From positions 124,001 to 181,798 of the forward strand of contig JAVECO010000020.1 in NCBI GenBank assembly GCA_051942205.1: a DNA stretch of 57,798 nt, given 5' to 3'. A program made the position numbers and the translations under genes. The notes under the pieces were generated by a model. That model had not been told where the DNA came from, searched no databases, and saw nothing but the letters and a program-made list of their open reading frames with translations. This document shows, piece by piece, positions 1-11,235 of this stretch. Within the stretch, counting starts at the first letter, position 1; each line of letters begins with the position of its first letter. This stretch comes from Coniocarpon cinnabarinum (taxonomy: Eukaryota).

Positions 1-312
1 GCAAGAGCAAATTTGGGGTTCCCGAAACGTCTTAGGTATATAGAGGTCACCTCTCAGGTGCTGTTGTGAGAATAGGGGCGGGTGCTATACCGCGAGGTGG
101 GTCCACACTGGACGCGCGATTGCTCGAGCAAGCCCATATGCTGCGTTACACACAGCAGGAAGCCCTTCGAAAGCCTGGACTGCTCGACAAGGATGTCAAA
201 TCAATGTGAAGGACCTCACGCATACGCTGAGATGGTGCCTCTCCCTCGTACAGCATTTGAGTGTACAAAACCTCGTGTTTCTCAGGATCCAAGGCGTCAC
301 CTACAGCCTTCA

Positions 313-1188
313 TCATACCGGTCTCAAAGCCCACATCCTCACAGCAAACAGCCCCCTCGGAAAGCCCTTCTGCACCTCCTCCATCTCCATCTTCAAGCCC
401 GCCTCCGCAAACATTTGCCTCCAACTCTTCAAACATCGTGTTACCGTGGAGTCTGTGGCATCGAAATCGTCAAATTCGCCTCCAATCACATTTTCCTTGA
501 CGCCGATCCAGCCATCCTCCTTCAATCCGCGTTTCGCGCGCTTCAAGTACGCTATTAACTCTGTGTCTGTTAACTGTCCAAGACACCATTGATGCCATAT
601 CAAACCGTATGTGTTTGACTTGGGATTCCAGGATTCCAGGCCTTTGTTTTGAATGGTGCCGACGCGGTTCTCAGCTCGTAAAAAAGCAAAGGGCTCGCCG
701 GTTGAGATCTCTTCTGTGAATTTTGCAATTGGCTCAACGATGTCGATGGTTGTGGCAATGGTAGATAGAAAGCCAAGTGTGACACGCCCGATGCCAGCAC
801 CGCAGTCCGCCGCTCGTTCTATCGGCAAGGTCCTCGAGCTTTCGCCGTTTTTTGTCTCTTCGCCCGCTTCCCCATTCTTCTCGCCATTGGTGACTCCCGC
901 CTTCTGCGGGGTATCGTTGGACTTAATGCCACTAGGGATACCCTCGTCTGAGCCTCGCCGCCTCTTTCCCAATGCCGTCCGCCGCTGCATCTTGGCGAAG
1001 AAGTTTTTCGAGCCTTGCAGATCCACTTTGCTGACTTGGGGGATGCCGCCGAGCATGCCGGACACCGACGCCGGCTGCGAGGACCAGTATTGCGTCCCAG
1101 CTTGGTGGGAGATTCTAGAGTCGGGACGTGCTAAGTCGAAATTGAAGCCATTGCTGTCTATCGCACCGAGGGCGTCGTCGCAGGGCAT
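313..1188 (-). CDS. NTM1: Alpha N-terminal protein methyltransferase 1 (Ntm1/Tae1 family)
   Basis: Family motifs YW..QPASVSGMLGG, DLQGS, SAM motif DCGAGIGRVT, IWHQWCLGQLTD, VKEN, D..DSTVTR and GFP..LFAVRMWAL. First true ATG is at 1188; the ORF-track extension to 1374 starts at a non-ATG codon. Confidence 0.93.
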   Translation of the reverse strand: MPCDDALGAIDSNGFNFDLARPDSRISHQAGTQYWSSQPASVSGMLGGIPQVSKVDLQGSKNFFAKMQRRTALGKRRRGSDEGIPSGIKSNDTPQKAGVTNGEKNGEAGEETKNGESSRTLPIERAADCGAGIGRVTLGFLSTIATTIDIVEPIAKFTEEISTGEPFAFLRAENRVGTIQNKGLESWNPKSNTYGLIWHQWCLGQLTDTELIAYLKRAKRGLKEDGWIGVKENVIGGEFDDFDATDSTVTRCLKSWRQMFAEAGLKMEMEEVQKGFPRGLFAVRMWALRPV

Positions 1189-2688
1189 GGTTTGCAGAAA
1201 TGTGGTGCAAGATGGAGATACGAAATCGATTGTTGTGCAATTAGTCACAAGCAACGAGAAAAGAATCCGTGCCTGCGACAGCGGCTGATAATTCAACAAG
1301 GCGCAAGTGAGATTGCGAAAGTGCAATCCAAAGACTGTGGGTGTCCTGTCAGGCGGTAATGACGAGTGAGGCACCTACGTGAGGTTCCAAAATCTTACCC
1401 TGCCGTGCCTTCACAATTAAAGCACCATCACACCACCTACCACGGAAGCAAAGCATGGGTTTTCTATAATGTATTTAGTGGATGGCCCCCTTTGCGAATA
1501 GAGTCACTATCCTCACTTAGTGATAGCTTCATATACCTGCCTACCTCGTAAACAGTTGGCTCATTATTCCACCATCTCAATATCCCGTTTCATCCAAGGT
1601 CGACTGCTGCCACGCATGTTGACGCTAAAGCTATACCAGGGGTTTTCCCCGACAAGACGTGAGTCGAGCGTAGCGGCTGATCAGGTTCATTCACCGAGGT
1701 GACTCGTGGCTTACTGGCTCAAGCCGCCCTGTCGATCAATATAATTGCCTGACATTGAAACGTGTCAGCATATGTTGACCTTTGTCGGTTACATTCTCTG
1801 GCCACGTAGAGCACATGGATGGGGTATCGGCACATTGAAGCCGCTGACATGTCGTTCGTTCCCGCCCCTCAAAGGTCTCCTGCTTCTCTAGCTATGAACA
1901 TGGTTATCACAACAACCGTGGAATTCTGAGAGCGCTAACATTGCAGCGACTGACCCGAAATTGAATGAGAAGCACAGGACGCGTCTAACCCACTCTTAAT
2001 GATAGCGCTACGTTCAGGATTGCAGTCGGGTCAGTGACGTCTCTGATCGTCGGTGGCAAGTATCAATTTAGAGTGGCACCATATGGCTTGTGAAGACTCT
2101 ATCTAGGGCATTTCTCGATCGCAAATACGATCTGTCACCATGGGCATCCCGCCCGATACCAACACAATTCGGAACGATTCTGGTACGATGCTTCTCATGC
2201 GGCCCCTGCCTGTTGTGGCTTCTTCGGTCGTTGTCGATTTGTCCCTCTTGCCGCAGCTGTTCAGTACACCTCCTCAATTTCAGCAACAAGAGCACCAATC
2301 TGGAGACCAGCGTGATCTTGTATACGTCATTGCTTCCATTGATAGGTGTCCGCTCTTGTGAGAGGTCCTACTGCAGCATTGTAATGGTCCGCGGGCCGCG
2401 GCAGGCCAATCCCGCGATTTCTGTTTCTTCTCTTCAAACACTTTGCATGTCAAGCCCGCGTTTGATTTGCGGGCGCTCTTTTCATGATGATATCAATGGG
2501 CGACGCAGCTGAGCACATTGCTGTCAGTCTTTCTGCAATGAGAACGCCACCTTGACTAAAATTTACTGCCAAATGACGAGCTACGTTGCTACAGATCGTT
2601 TTCTTCCATCCGTTTTACTTGACGTCTGCTTCCATATACAGACTTCCGTAGTGTTTTCTTCATCCTCGCTCAAGCTAGGCCATTGATC

Positions 2689-3664
2689 ATGACTTACCGC
2701 CAAGATCCTAGCGGTAGAGATCGTAGAGACAGGAGAAACTATAGTGACATTGGAATTTCTCACTCTCAGGCTCCACCTTCAACTCCACCATCACCACCCG
2801 AGCACGCGAATGCGAAGCTGCACTGTGAACACGAGCTGGCATTCATGTCCCAAATTCTCGGAAGGGATCGCATCAAGCATCACAAAGGAGATGCCCTCCA
2901 AGAGGGCGATATCAAAGACGCTGAGCACCAGGTGCAGACGCAGTGGCAAAGATCGGCAGAGAGAGAACGCGTCCAACGTATCCTGAAAGAAGAGGAGACT
3001 GCTTTTCGTGCTAGCAGGAACATCTACGCGCTAGGGCTGGGCTCTCTAGCCTACAATAATGAACGACGCCACGACAAAATCAATCAAAGCCTCTTTGAGA
3101 ATACTGCGGTCCAGCTTAGTCTTGTAGCAGACTTTGGCTCGCACCTCCGTAACGCACACAGCCATAGCCATATACCGTCGTTCCTCCACAATCGAGCAAT
3201 TGAGATCCACGTTCAGTAAGTGACCACCCAGGAAAAATGTGAATGATACGGTGGTCCAAAGATCCACACAAAATTCCTAGCTTGGATCTTCAGCACTGAT
3301 CCCTTTTCTTCGCAGCGACCCAGCTCATCAGGTGACAGACCTCAACATCCTCAACGATCGTGGCATAACCGCCACGAAAGACGACAGAGACGACCCAGCG
3401 AAGCGCATCGAAGCAACATCCATCGTCATCATGCCCAACATTGATATGCCCGCCATCTCGCCTGATTTGGACACGCAACAGCCCACCATCATTGTGACGG
3501 CGGTTCACGACCGCAGCTCGGGCGGGACTCCAATCATGGCCGTCCTGCGACGGAAATATTACCCGGTTTTCAAATTCGAGCCGGACGAGGCGCATGATCT
3601 CCAGACGTGGTACGCACTCTACGGTACCACTATCTGGGTTCGCAAAGACATATGCAGCGCGTAG
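2689..3664 (+). CDS. SRR1-like domain protein (2 exons; intron 3216-3315)
   Basis: Splicing GTAAGT(3216)..CAG(3315) joins two ORFs in frame, giving IYALGLGS...AVQLSLV...IHVHDPAHQVTDLNILNDRGI...SIVIMPN. This matches the LGLGS / QL / DP...D..IL...G pattern of SRR1 domains. Confidence 0.6.
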
Positions 3665-4308
3665 GCTCGGTGGGTGCGACAACAGCAACAGGAGGAGCAT
3701 AGGTACGAGCAGCAAAAAGGCTAGCGATAGCAGGGTCGTGGATCGAGCGGATGCGCGTACCGAGGCAGCTCTAGCGGGTGCGGTATTGGTGGGAGGATCT
3801 TCGTGTGGCTACGGTGGTGGTGGCGGTTACTATTCGCAATACTATCGTTTGGGATATCAGCGCAAGGAGGGGTGGCGGCGGCCGCCTTGAGAAGATGATG
3901 GTGGAAGGTCTGAGTCTTGCTAAGAGATCTAAGAGAGGTCGTCGCGAAGGTCAAAATAGTGATCACATAAAGAAAATGCATTTTCGGCATCCGGAGCTCG
4001 TCAATATGGCTTGCATGTTTCATCGCCACTACGCGTGAAAATGCATAGGCATCATCCGTGTGCTGTGACATGTTGACGCAAGGAAGACCTGTTACGAGTA
4101 CTCATCTGTTCCTCGCCTAGTACGATCTACTTTCTCCTTAACGAGGGACGAAAGAAGTCAGCTCGTATGGCATTGCCAAGCACCTCGAATGGCTTAACGG
4201 CCTACTGGTCATCAAACGCAAAAGGCCAAACGACAACTGTAATTCCCAGATTTAACAAATCGTCCAGCTACAACTTCCAGCTTCCGACCGACCCCAAGGC
4301 TCCAATAT

Positions 4309-5768
4309 TCACAGCCCAACCCCCTTGAACCTCCCCTCCTCATCCATCTCCAGCAGTCCGTACTCCTTAACCTGCACCTTCTCCGCCTTGGCGGGCAGAA
4401 ATCGAAAAAGCAACCCGCGCAGCCCACTCGCCGTGATGGCCCACCCAATCGCATTGAACGCCCAGACGCCCCACCACGTCTCGGGATGCAGCAGATGCGG
4501 CATCCCTGGTGGTAATTTCTGGGCGACCTCGACGACGGGGCGCATTGCGGCTTCGTATTCGCTGAAGGCGGCTTCGATGTCGGTGGGGTTTTGGAGGAGG
4601 GCGCCGGCGAGGTGGTAGGAGCCTGTTAACGCGAGGGTGGCGCCCATGCCTGAGATCGGGGAGGCGCAGTAGCTGTTGATGCATGAGTTGTTAGCGATTA
4701 TGTCCTGCTTCTCTTTGCTTGTGTGCTTTACTCATGCTGACAGGGAGGGAATGTAGATTGGGAGAAGGAGGAAACGTACCCCGCATCCCCAAGTAATACC
4801 ACACGTCCTTTTGACCACTTCTCCATCTTCACCTGCGCCACAACATCATAGTAGAAATCATCAGTCTCCCACATCCCCTTCAAAGCCCTTTCACTTTCCC
4901 ATCCCGAGCCGCGAAAATACCGCTCCATCAACTCCTTCTGCGCCTTCACTCCCTCAGTACCCCTCTTCTGCGCCACTGCATCTAACTCTGGGTCGCTCTC
5001 ATTCACCACACTCATCAACACCGTCGTCTTGTCTTTCTCCTCATGCGGCCTTACCATGATCCCGCGTCGACCAGGGGCGTGGTACCACCGTCGCCAGTCG
5101 GAGTCCGTGGAACCCCTCGGCATGCTGAAAAACGCAGCGTACATCCTCAGCTTTTTGAGTCGTTCCGTTTCACCTTCAGCGCCAAAAACCATTCGTCGCA
5201 TCGAACTCTGCAGTCCATCCGCGCCCACAACCAGATCAACCCGTCTCTCATCCCCGCTTTTCGCGAAACGTACCTTAACTCCATCACCCTCCTGCTCCAA
5301 ACTCTCCACGCAATCTCCATACACCACTTCCACGCCACTACCACCTGCTTCCTGGACTTGCTTATTCACCACATCAACACGCTCCATCAAAATCCTAGCC
5401 AACGATCCCCTCAAGATCTCCACCTCCGCAGTCGGTGCATGGTACTTCTCCCCCTCCTCCCCTTTGGGCGCCGGAATCTCCCCCCACGTCCGGTTCCAAG
5501 AATCCACATGTCTCACGCCTTCTTCGCCGGTGAGATGGGCGCGGATTTCCTTCTCGAGACCCAGTTTACGGATGAGTCGCAGGCCAGCGCCACGGATGTC
5601 GATGTTTTGGCCGGTTTGGCGTGGAGTGGATGAACGCTCGAGGAGGGTTATCCGTGGTTTTTGGGTCGCCGGGAGGGGATGGAGAAGGAGGAAGAGGGTT
5701 AGTGCCGGACCGGCTATGGAGGTGCCTGTTATGAGGATGTTGAGGGGTGGACTTTGAGTTTGGGTCAT
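4309..5768 (-). CDS. FAD-dependent monooxygenase/oxidoreductase (FAD_binding_3 type; intron 4673-4779)
   Basis: N-terminal ITGTSIAGP Rossmann motif, DLVVGADG, and the spliced VVLLGDAG|YCASPISGMGATLA GD motif. Confidence 0.92.
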
Positions 5769-6492
5769 TTTGACGGATGTGAAGTGGGCGACGATAGGAA
5801 ATGTTAAGAGCCGGGTCTATATACAGGAACGGAAAGTCTGATGGCTCTGAAATCTATGGTACTCGACAAGGGAAGGCAATTGGAGTGAAAATAAGCATAG
5901 AGGTCTTTCCCTGAAACGTTCGGTCTTGGCCATCTTATATAGCGACATTAACACGTAAATCCACGGATTTACAAGATCCACGGAGCGGGAAGGATCGCGG
6001 GTCATTGCAAAGCACGGAGTATCCGTTATCGTTCAGCCGCAGTGGGTCAACCACGTGAATCGATCGTGGCATTCGTGCATTTACTACTACGACAGAGCTC
6101 CGACGGTCTTGTATCGTGCGGGTGACGCTTTGATGGGTCTTATTCCAATGACGTTGGCGGATGCGGTGGCAATAAGCTTGATAAAAGTGCTCGGAAACGG
6201 CCCCTGAGCTTTGCCCTCTTTTGGACTTGGCGGAGATTCGGTAAATCTGATTTTGCCGGTCCGACGATCAGCTAGTGGATCGAGTGTCACGTGACACTGT
6301 CTCAGATCTGCGACCGGATCGTCGGGCTCTTTCATCACTTGAGCACTTCCCTCTTGAAGCAAAAGCTGGCTGTGAATCAAATGTTTGTAACCAAGGACAC
6401 TTCAAAGATTGAGCACTTGAATTCTGCAAGGAGTCACCAGGCGAATTTGGCGTCAAGCCACAGGACCACATGCGACATCACTGCCACTACCA

Positions 6493-8805
6493 CTAGGTTT
6501 GTCTCCTCCAGCTTCGGAACCTGTTCCTTGCCCTTTCCCTATACCCTGCTCGCTTCTCCTCCTCTTCTTCTTCAACTATGGCGTCCATCTTTTCTGACCC
6601 TTCGACGTCTTCGTTCCTCTCCTTATTTGACACCATTTCTTCCAAGCCCAAGTCTTCTCTCATCTGTTTCTCCACCTCTTCCATTTCTTTTTCGCTATTT
6701 TTACCAACCTCTTCGTCTTCCACGCCCTCACTGCTGGAATTGGTCTCCTGACGCTCAATCTCCTCAATCACTTCCTCCACCTTCTCCGGATCCATCGGCA
6801 CATCCTTCAAGTCCAAATCCTCCCTCAATCTGTCCATCTCGTCCTCAGTCAACTCCAGCCCAGCATCTTTAGGAAATCCATAAATCAGATCCTCCAGATC
6901 GAACTGCGACAAAGGCATTTTCTTGCCCTTGCTCTTCTGCGTCTCGCGAAGCAGCTCCTGTAACCGCTCGATCCACTTGTAGAGCAAGGAGTCATGGTCA
7001 TCGAGGCGCTGTTTCGCACTTTCAAGGGTGCTGTCCAACCTCATGCGCTTGGATTTGACGTATGACTCGGCACGGTTCTTGTGGTAGATGAGGTAGGCGT
7101 TTAACATGGTGCCTGTAACGATGGCAGCACCAGTGACGGGATGAGCCATAGCAACACCCACACCAAGCTAAATAAATGCAATTAGCATGTGTTCTGTTTC
7201 ATCAGGGACTAGAGTTGGTAGGTCGCTAATTAGAGGTGGACAGCATAGAGCCACAGCCTTGAGGAAGTCAAGAATTGCAGGGACACTTGTGTTACAAATA
7301 ATTCTTACCTTCCCAATGGTCCCGAGCTTGGTTGCTGCGGCGCCGTGCATGGCTGTGTGTCCAACTAAAAGATGCTTTAGTCTTCATCGCTGGTTCGACG
7401 TTAGATCAAGGCGATTGTGCTTACCAGCACCAGCTTTTGCTGAGTGTCCAACTATGGTAGGTGTCAGCCATCAATTGAGCTTTCAGTCATGCAATGTAGT
7501 ACCAACACTCACACGCACTCGCCTTGGCGACAACTCCTTTCATCCCTGCCCCTTTCGCACCGACAGCGCCACCCTTCGTACCAGCGACACCTCCCTTCGC
7601 GCCAAAAAAACTTCCTTTTGTACCTGCAGCACCTCCCTTCGCCGATGCGGTGCTCACAACTCCATGCGACGTACTAGCGGTCGCGGTCTGTCCGGCACCG
7701 GTCGCTGTTCCACCTTCTGCCGTCACTGCAGAACCACCTGCCGCGGCGTTGGCGTTCGTGGTTGCAGAAACGGCTTGACCAAGGTGAACAGTGTCTGCGC
7801 CTCCACCGATAACCTCTGCCCCTGTTGCGCCGCTGGATACGAGCGCTTCGCCTCCCACGGTGTTACTGACCACTTCAGCACCAGTCGCACCGCCGGAGAC
7901 GAGACTTTCAGCTCCGACACCCTCGCCGACGACTTCAACACCTGTCGACCCTGTGGAGACCAGCGCATTGCTGCTTGCCGCTTCAGCAGTGGATGCACCG
8001 CTGGCCAAGAGCGCCTCGCCACCAACGCTGGCAACACCTGAGGCTGACTCCGCAAGCAGCAGGCCCTCAAGTCCACCAGCGTTTGCAATTTGAAAGAGGG
8101 CACACGTGAACAGCTGGATCGTGCCGATAGCGGCTTGGCTCTGAAGCGCATTTGTCGAGATGTCGGCAAGATTGTGACCGACAGGTCTGTCCATTAGGTG
8201 CCATTTCTTGCGCTCCTCATCGGAAGCAATGATCTGATCTGGCCGAGGCGAGATTATATCCCAGAAGGTGCGGACAAAATTCTGGCAGTTGCGGACCATG
8301 AGGTTGTAGTTCTCTTGCCCATACTCGCTCCAAATTCTTCGGGCTAAATCTCGTCAGTACTTAGCAAAATGCAGGGCAACCCAGGTAGAAAACGCGTACC
8401 TTCGGTCTTCAAGTCATCTGTGCTCCATGAGGTTTGCCCCACTGGATACTGATCGACGTGAATGGGTGGATTTTGATTGCTCCAGAACGCATGCCATTCC
8501 GTGGCTTCAATGATGCGCATGTCAATTTTAGCGGTGACTTTTTGTATGGCATGGGAAACTTTCTTCAGGCTCTTAGGAACCTTTTTCTCCAGGCCTCTCA
8601 GGTTGACATTCCACCTATTCTCTTCCGTGGCGTGGAGCTCGTAGCAGTGGTCACCAATCTGGAGAGCCCAGTGCTGCGCCCATGTCAGCATCCGATAATG
8701 CTCCGATTGGCCCTTGTGGATTTCGTTGGAGACATTGGTCAGCCCTATATCCTTGTATATGGCCAGGGGCGCGACCAGCCACGTAACATTCTGAACTTTC
8801 GACAT
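6493..8805 (-). CDS. PPPDE/permuted papain-fold-like protein with Gly/Ala repeat linker, glycine-rich hydrophobic segment and acidic coiled-coil C terminus (5 exons, ~664 aa)
   Basis: Exons 8805-8400, 8343-7513, 7451-7425, 7364-7309 and 7167-6493 all have GT..AG boundaries and sum to 1995 nt in one frame. HWALQIGDHCYELH precedes YNLMVRNCQNF, the His-before-NC order of permuted NlpC/P60, PPPDE and LRAT proteins. Confidence 0.7.
7790..8030 (-). repeat. Coding ~60-bp (20-aa) imperfect tandem repeat
   Basis: Units GGEALLASGASTAEA / NALVSTGSTGVEVV / GAESLVSGGATGAEVV / GGEALVSSGATGAEVI. Confidence 0.7.
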
Positions 8806-9958
8806 TGCACGTATGGAGAGTAAAGGCAGCCTGTGAGTTATTCGAAGTGCAGTGATGCGTCAACATCAGTATATGTAGCTTTTGACCTCTATCGACGGAA
8901 ATAGGTTCCTTACACGAGGGCTAAAGCCTTGCGTGAGTATGGGCACGTTATAACTTAGCAGCGGACGGGCCAACGCCGCATCTCTGCATATGTCTCGCGG
9001 GCCGCGGACATGATTTGTATTGAAGGCAGCCGCTAACGTTTCATGGTCGTGCAGACGAGATGCTGAATGACGGGTGACGGCCTGAGCGCAGAAACCCAAT
9101 CATATTTTACAGCTTGTTCCAGCAAGAATGAGGTCGACGAGAGTCGAGATTCAGTCCATGTGCATAATACATCTCACGCCCGCCACTTCACCGTAGTATA
9201 TGTTTTGCAATTGCGACGGGGCTTACAAAGCATGTAGGAATTCTTGGGGCGAGGGTGGTGCTACGCCGCACACCAGCAGAAGCCTTGAAACGAGCTTTTG
9301 GCAGCGCCGGTCATGTTGGGCTGCTGAGAGAGGGGCTGTGTGGGCGGCAGTAAGCGAGTTCGGGTCTTTCAGAAACACAGAATCGTTCAAAGTACACGGG
9401 CTTGTCCTTGACGAAGGCAATGGTTTGGGAAAAGGGTCGTTGGAGTAGAGGAGAGAAGTCCGAGGAGCAGGCACGGACCAATGCTAGTTTGCCTCTGCTA
9501 GCCCACAACCGTATTAGCGCATATTGATACACTCGATCTATCCGTACCTACTGCGCCTTTAGCTTGCTCTCAGCCTCGCCCATCAAGTCAACAACATGAG
9601 GCGTAGCTAGCCGTCCCGAGCAGAAGAGGAGAGTGGGGCCAGGCAAAATGAGAAGACGTGCAGACAAGGGGCTCGGATCGTCAGATCGAGTCCACATCAC
9701 TCTAGAATGATGCTAGTACAGCCATGCGCTGTTGAAACTCTCGTTAAGCTCCCCGAAGCTATGTATGCCTTCTCACTGCCTTCTTTTGAAGAGTAAATCC
9801 CATTGTGTCAACGGATGTTCACGCCGGGCGAAACGAGTCCTTGATTTTTGCACGTGACCCAGTGCAATTCTATGCCTAGCAAGATACATATCCACGATCA
9901 TCATCACTATCTCTGAAGATCCTAACCCTTCGGACGTGCATTTCAACCCTGAAAGTAC

Positions 9959-10842
9959 ATGCCTCAAAGTTACAAAATAAATACGTACGTGGCGTTCGTC
10001 TGGAAACCCATCTATTTCAGCCGTATCGGCGTCCTTGCTATGAAGATTTGCTTCCGGAAAATAAAAAAAAGCGTCCGGGAGGATCTGATATGGCTCGGCG
10101 CGTACTTCTACTACAAGAGCCTAAAGAAAGATACGCTCGACATGGTCGATAGCATCATCAAAGAAACAGACGATGCACGCTTACACAAGAAGATCGAGAT
10201 CTTCACGCGTCTCAAGACGAGGGAGAGTCGGTATGTTGAGGTCGCGGTACGCTCCGAACTGGTTTCCTCGATTGTTATCAGGTCTCAGGAATGCTAACAC
10301 GCTTTCAGGGCGCCGTGGTCTTCACATCTGTGACACAGAGCCTGTCTTGGCCCAGCGTAGCAAATGCAAACTGGTCAGCGTCCGCATTGCTCTATTCGAG
10401 CGTCGTTCTGGCCATCGCCGCGGTGGTGGTTGGAGCACAGCAGCAACGAGTGCTCCCAAGCTTCGTCGACGATGCCCACTTGAACTTCAACGAGAAGAGC
10501 TTGCAGCTGTTCCGAGAACGACTGATGTTTCGAGACCGCAAAAACCGCAGCGTCGTGTTTGCGCTGCAATGCCCGTTAATGATGTTGAGCTTTTCGGTCT
10601 TGAGTTTCTTGGCGGCTATGTGCTCGACGATCTTCGGTCCACTTGTTGTTGCCATAAGATGGGATGACAACGCCAAGGTGTGTTTCTAAATCCAGATGCA
10701 CGAAATGTGGCTTTTGCTAATTCCTGGAAAGACAGCGCTCACATTTGGCATTTTTGGCCTGTTCACTCTGCTTGTGTTCCTGTATTGCTCGCAGTACATA
10801 TATAGACTTCCAGACCTGGAGCTTGAGCGAGATATCGTCTGA
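9959..10842 (+). CDS. Uncharacterised multi-pass membrane protein (introns 10247-10308, 10678-10731)
   Basis: In-frame splicing of three exons with GCTAAC/GCTAAT branch sites. About four hydrophobic helices (GAVVFTSVTQSL, ALLYSSVVLAIAAVVVG, LMMLSFSVLSFLAAMC, TFGIFGLFTLLVFLY). Confidence 0.7.
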
Positions 10843-11235
10843 AACCATAAAATGTGCTTTGCTTCTATGCTCCATTGCAGGCATGTTAACACAACATTCA
10901 GTCCACATGTTTTTAGCAACACCCCAGTATCGCCCTTCACGACTCACAGACCAAAGGCAACAAGAGCTCCATGCTATGTTTAGCAGATGAGACCGCGCTC
11001 AGAGGCATCGGCGTGCAACCTTTTGATGCGTCCACCCATTTTAATTTCAGCCATGGCGATGCAGTCAGAGCCTGCGACATGGTAGCTTCACGTTCTGAAT
11101 GAGGATCAGGTGTGGATAAGGAACGGCGAGAAGTCCGATTTGTCCTCACTCTCCCTTCCGGAGGCAGACGACGGCGCAGTGTTATCCACGTAGGTTCTTG
11201 ACTGGCTTTGCTCGCAGTTGTAGCAAATGCTCCCA

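Noticed and set aside
82..1288. Plus-strand ORFs (158, 128, 211 aa) over NTM1
   Set aside because: Antisense shadows of a well-supported gene with no motifs. The same applies to most overlapping ORFs in the track (e.g. 5029-5757, 7187-8041, 24906-25601).
2068..2512. Short ORFs on both strands between NTM1 and the SRR1-like gene
   Set aside because: No recognisable motif, non-ATG starts, and no consistent splice model.
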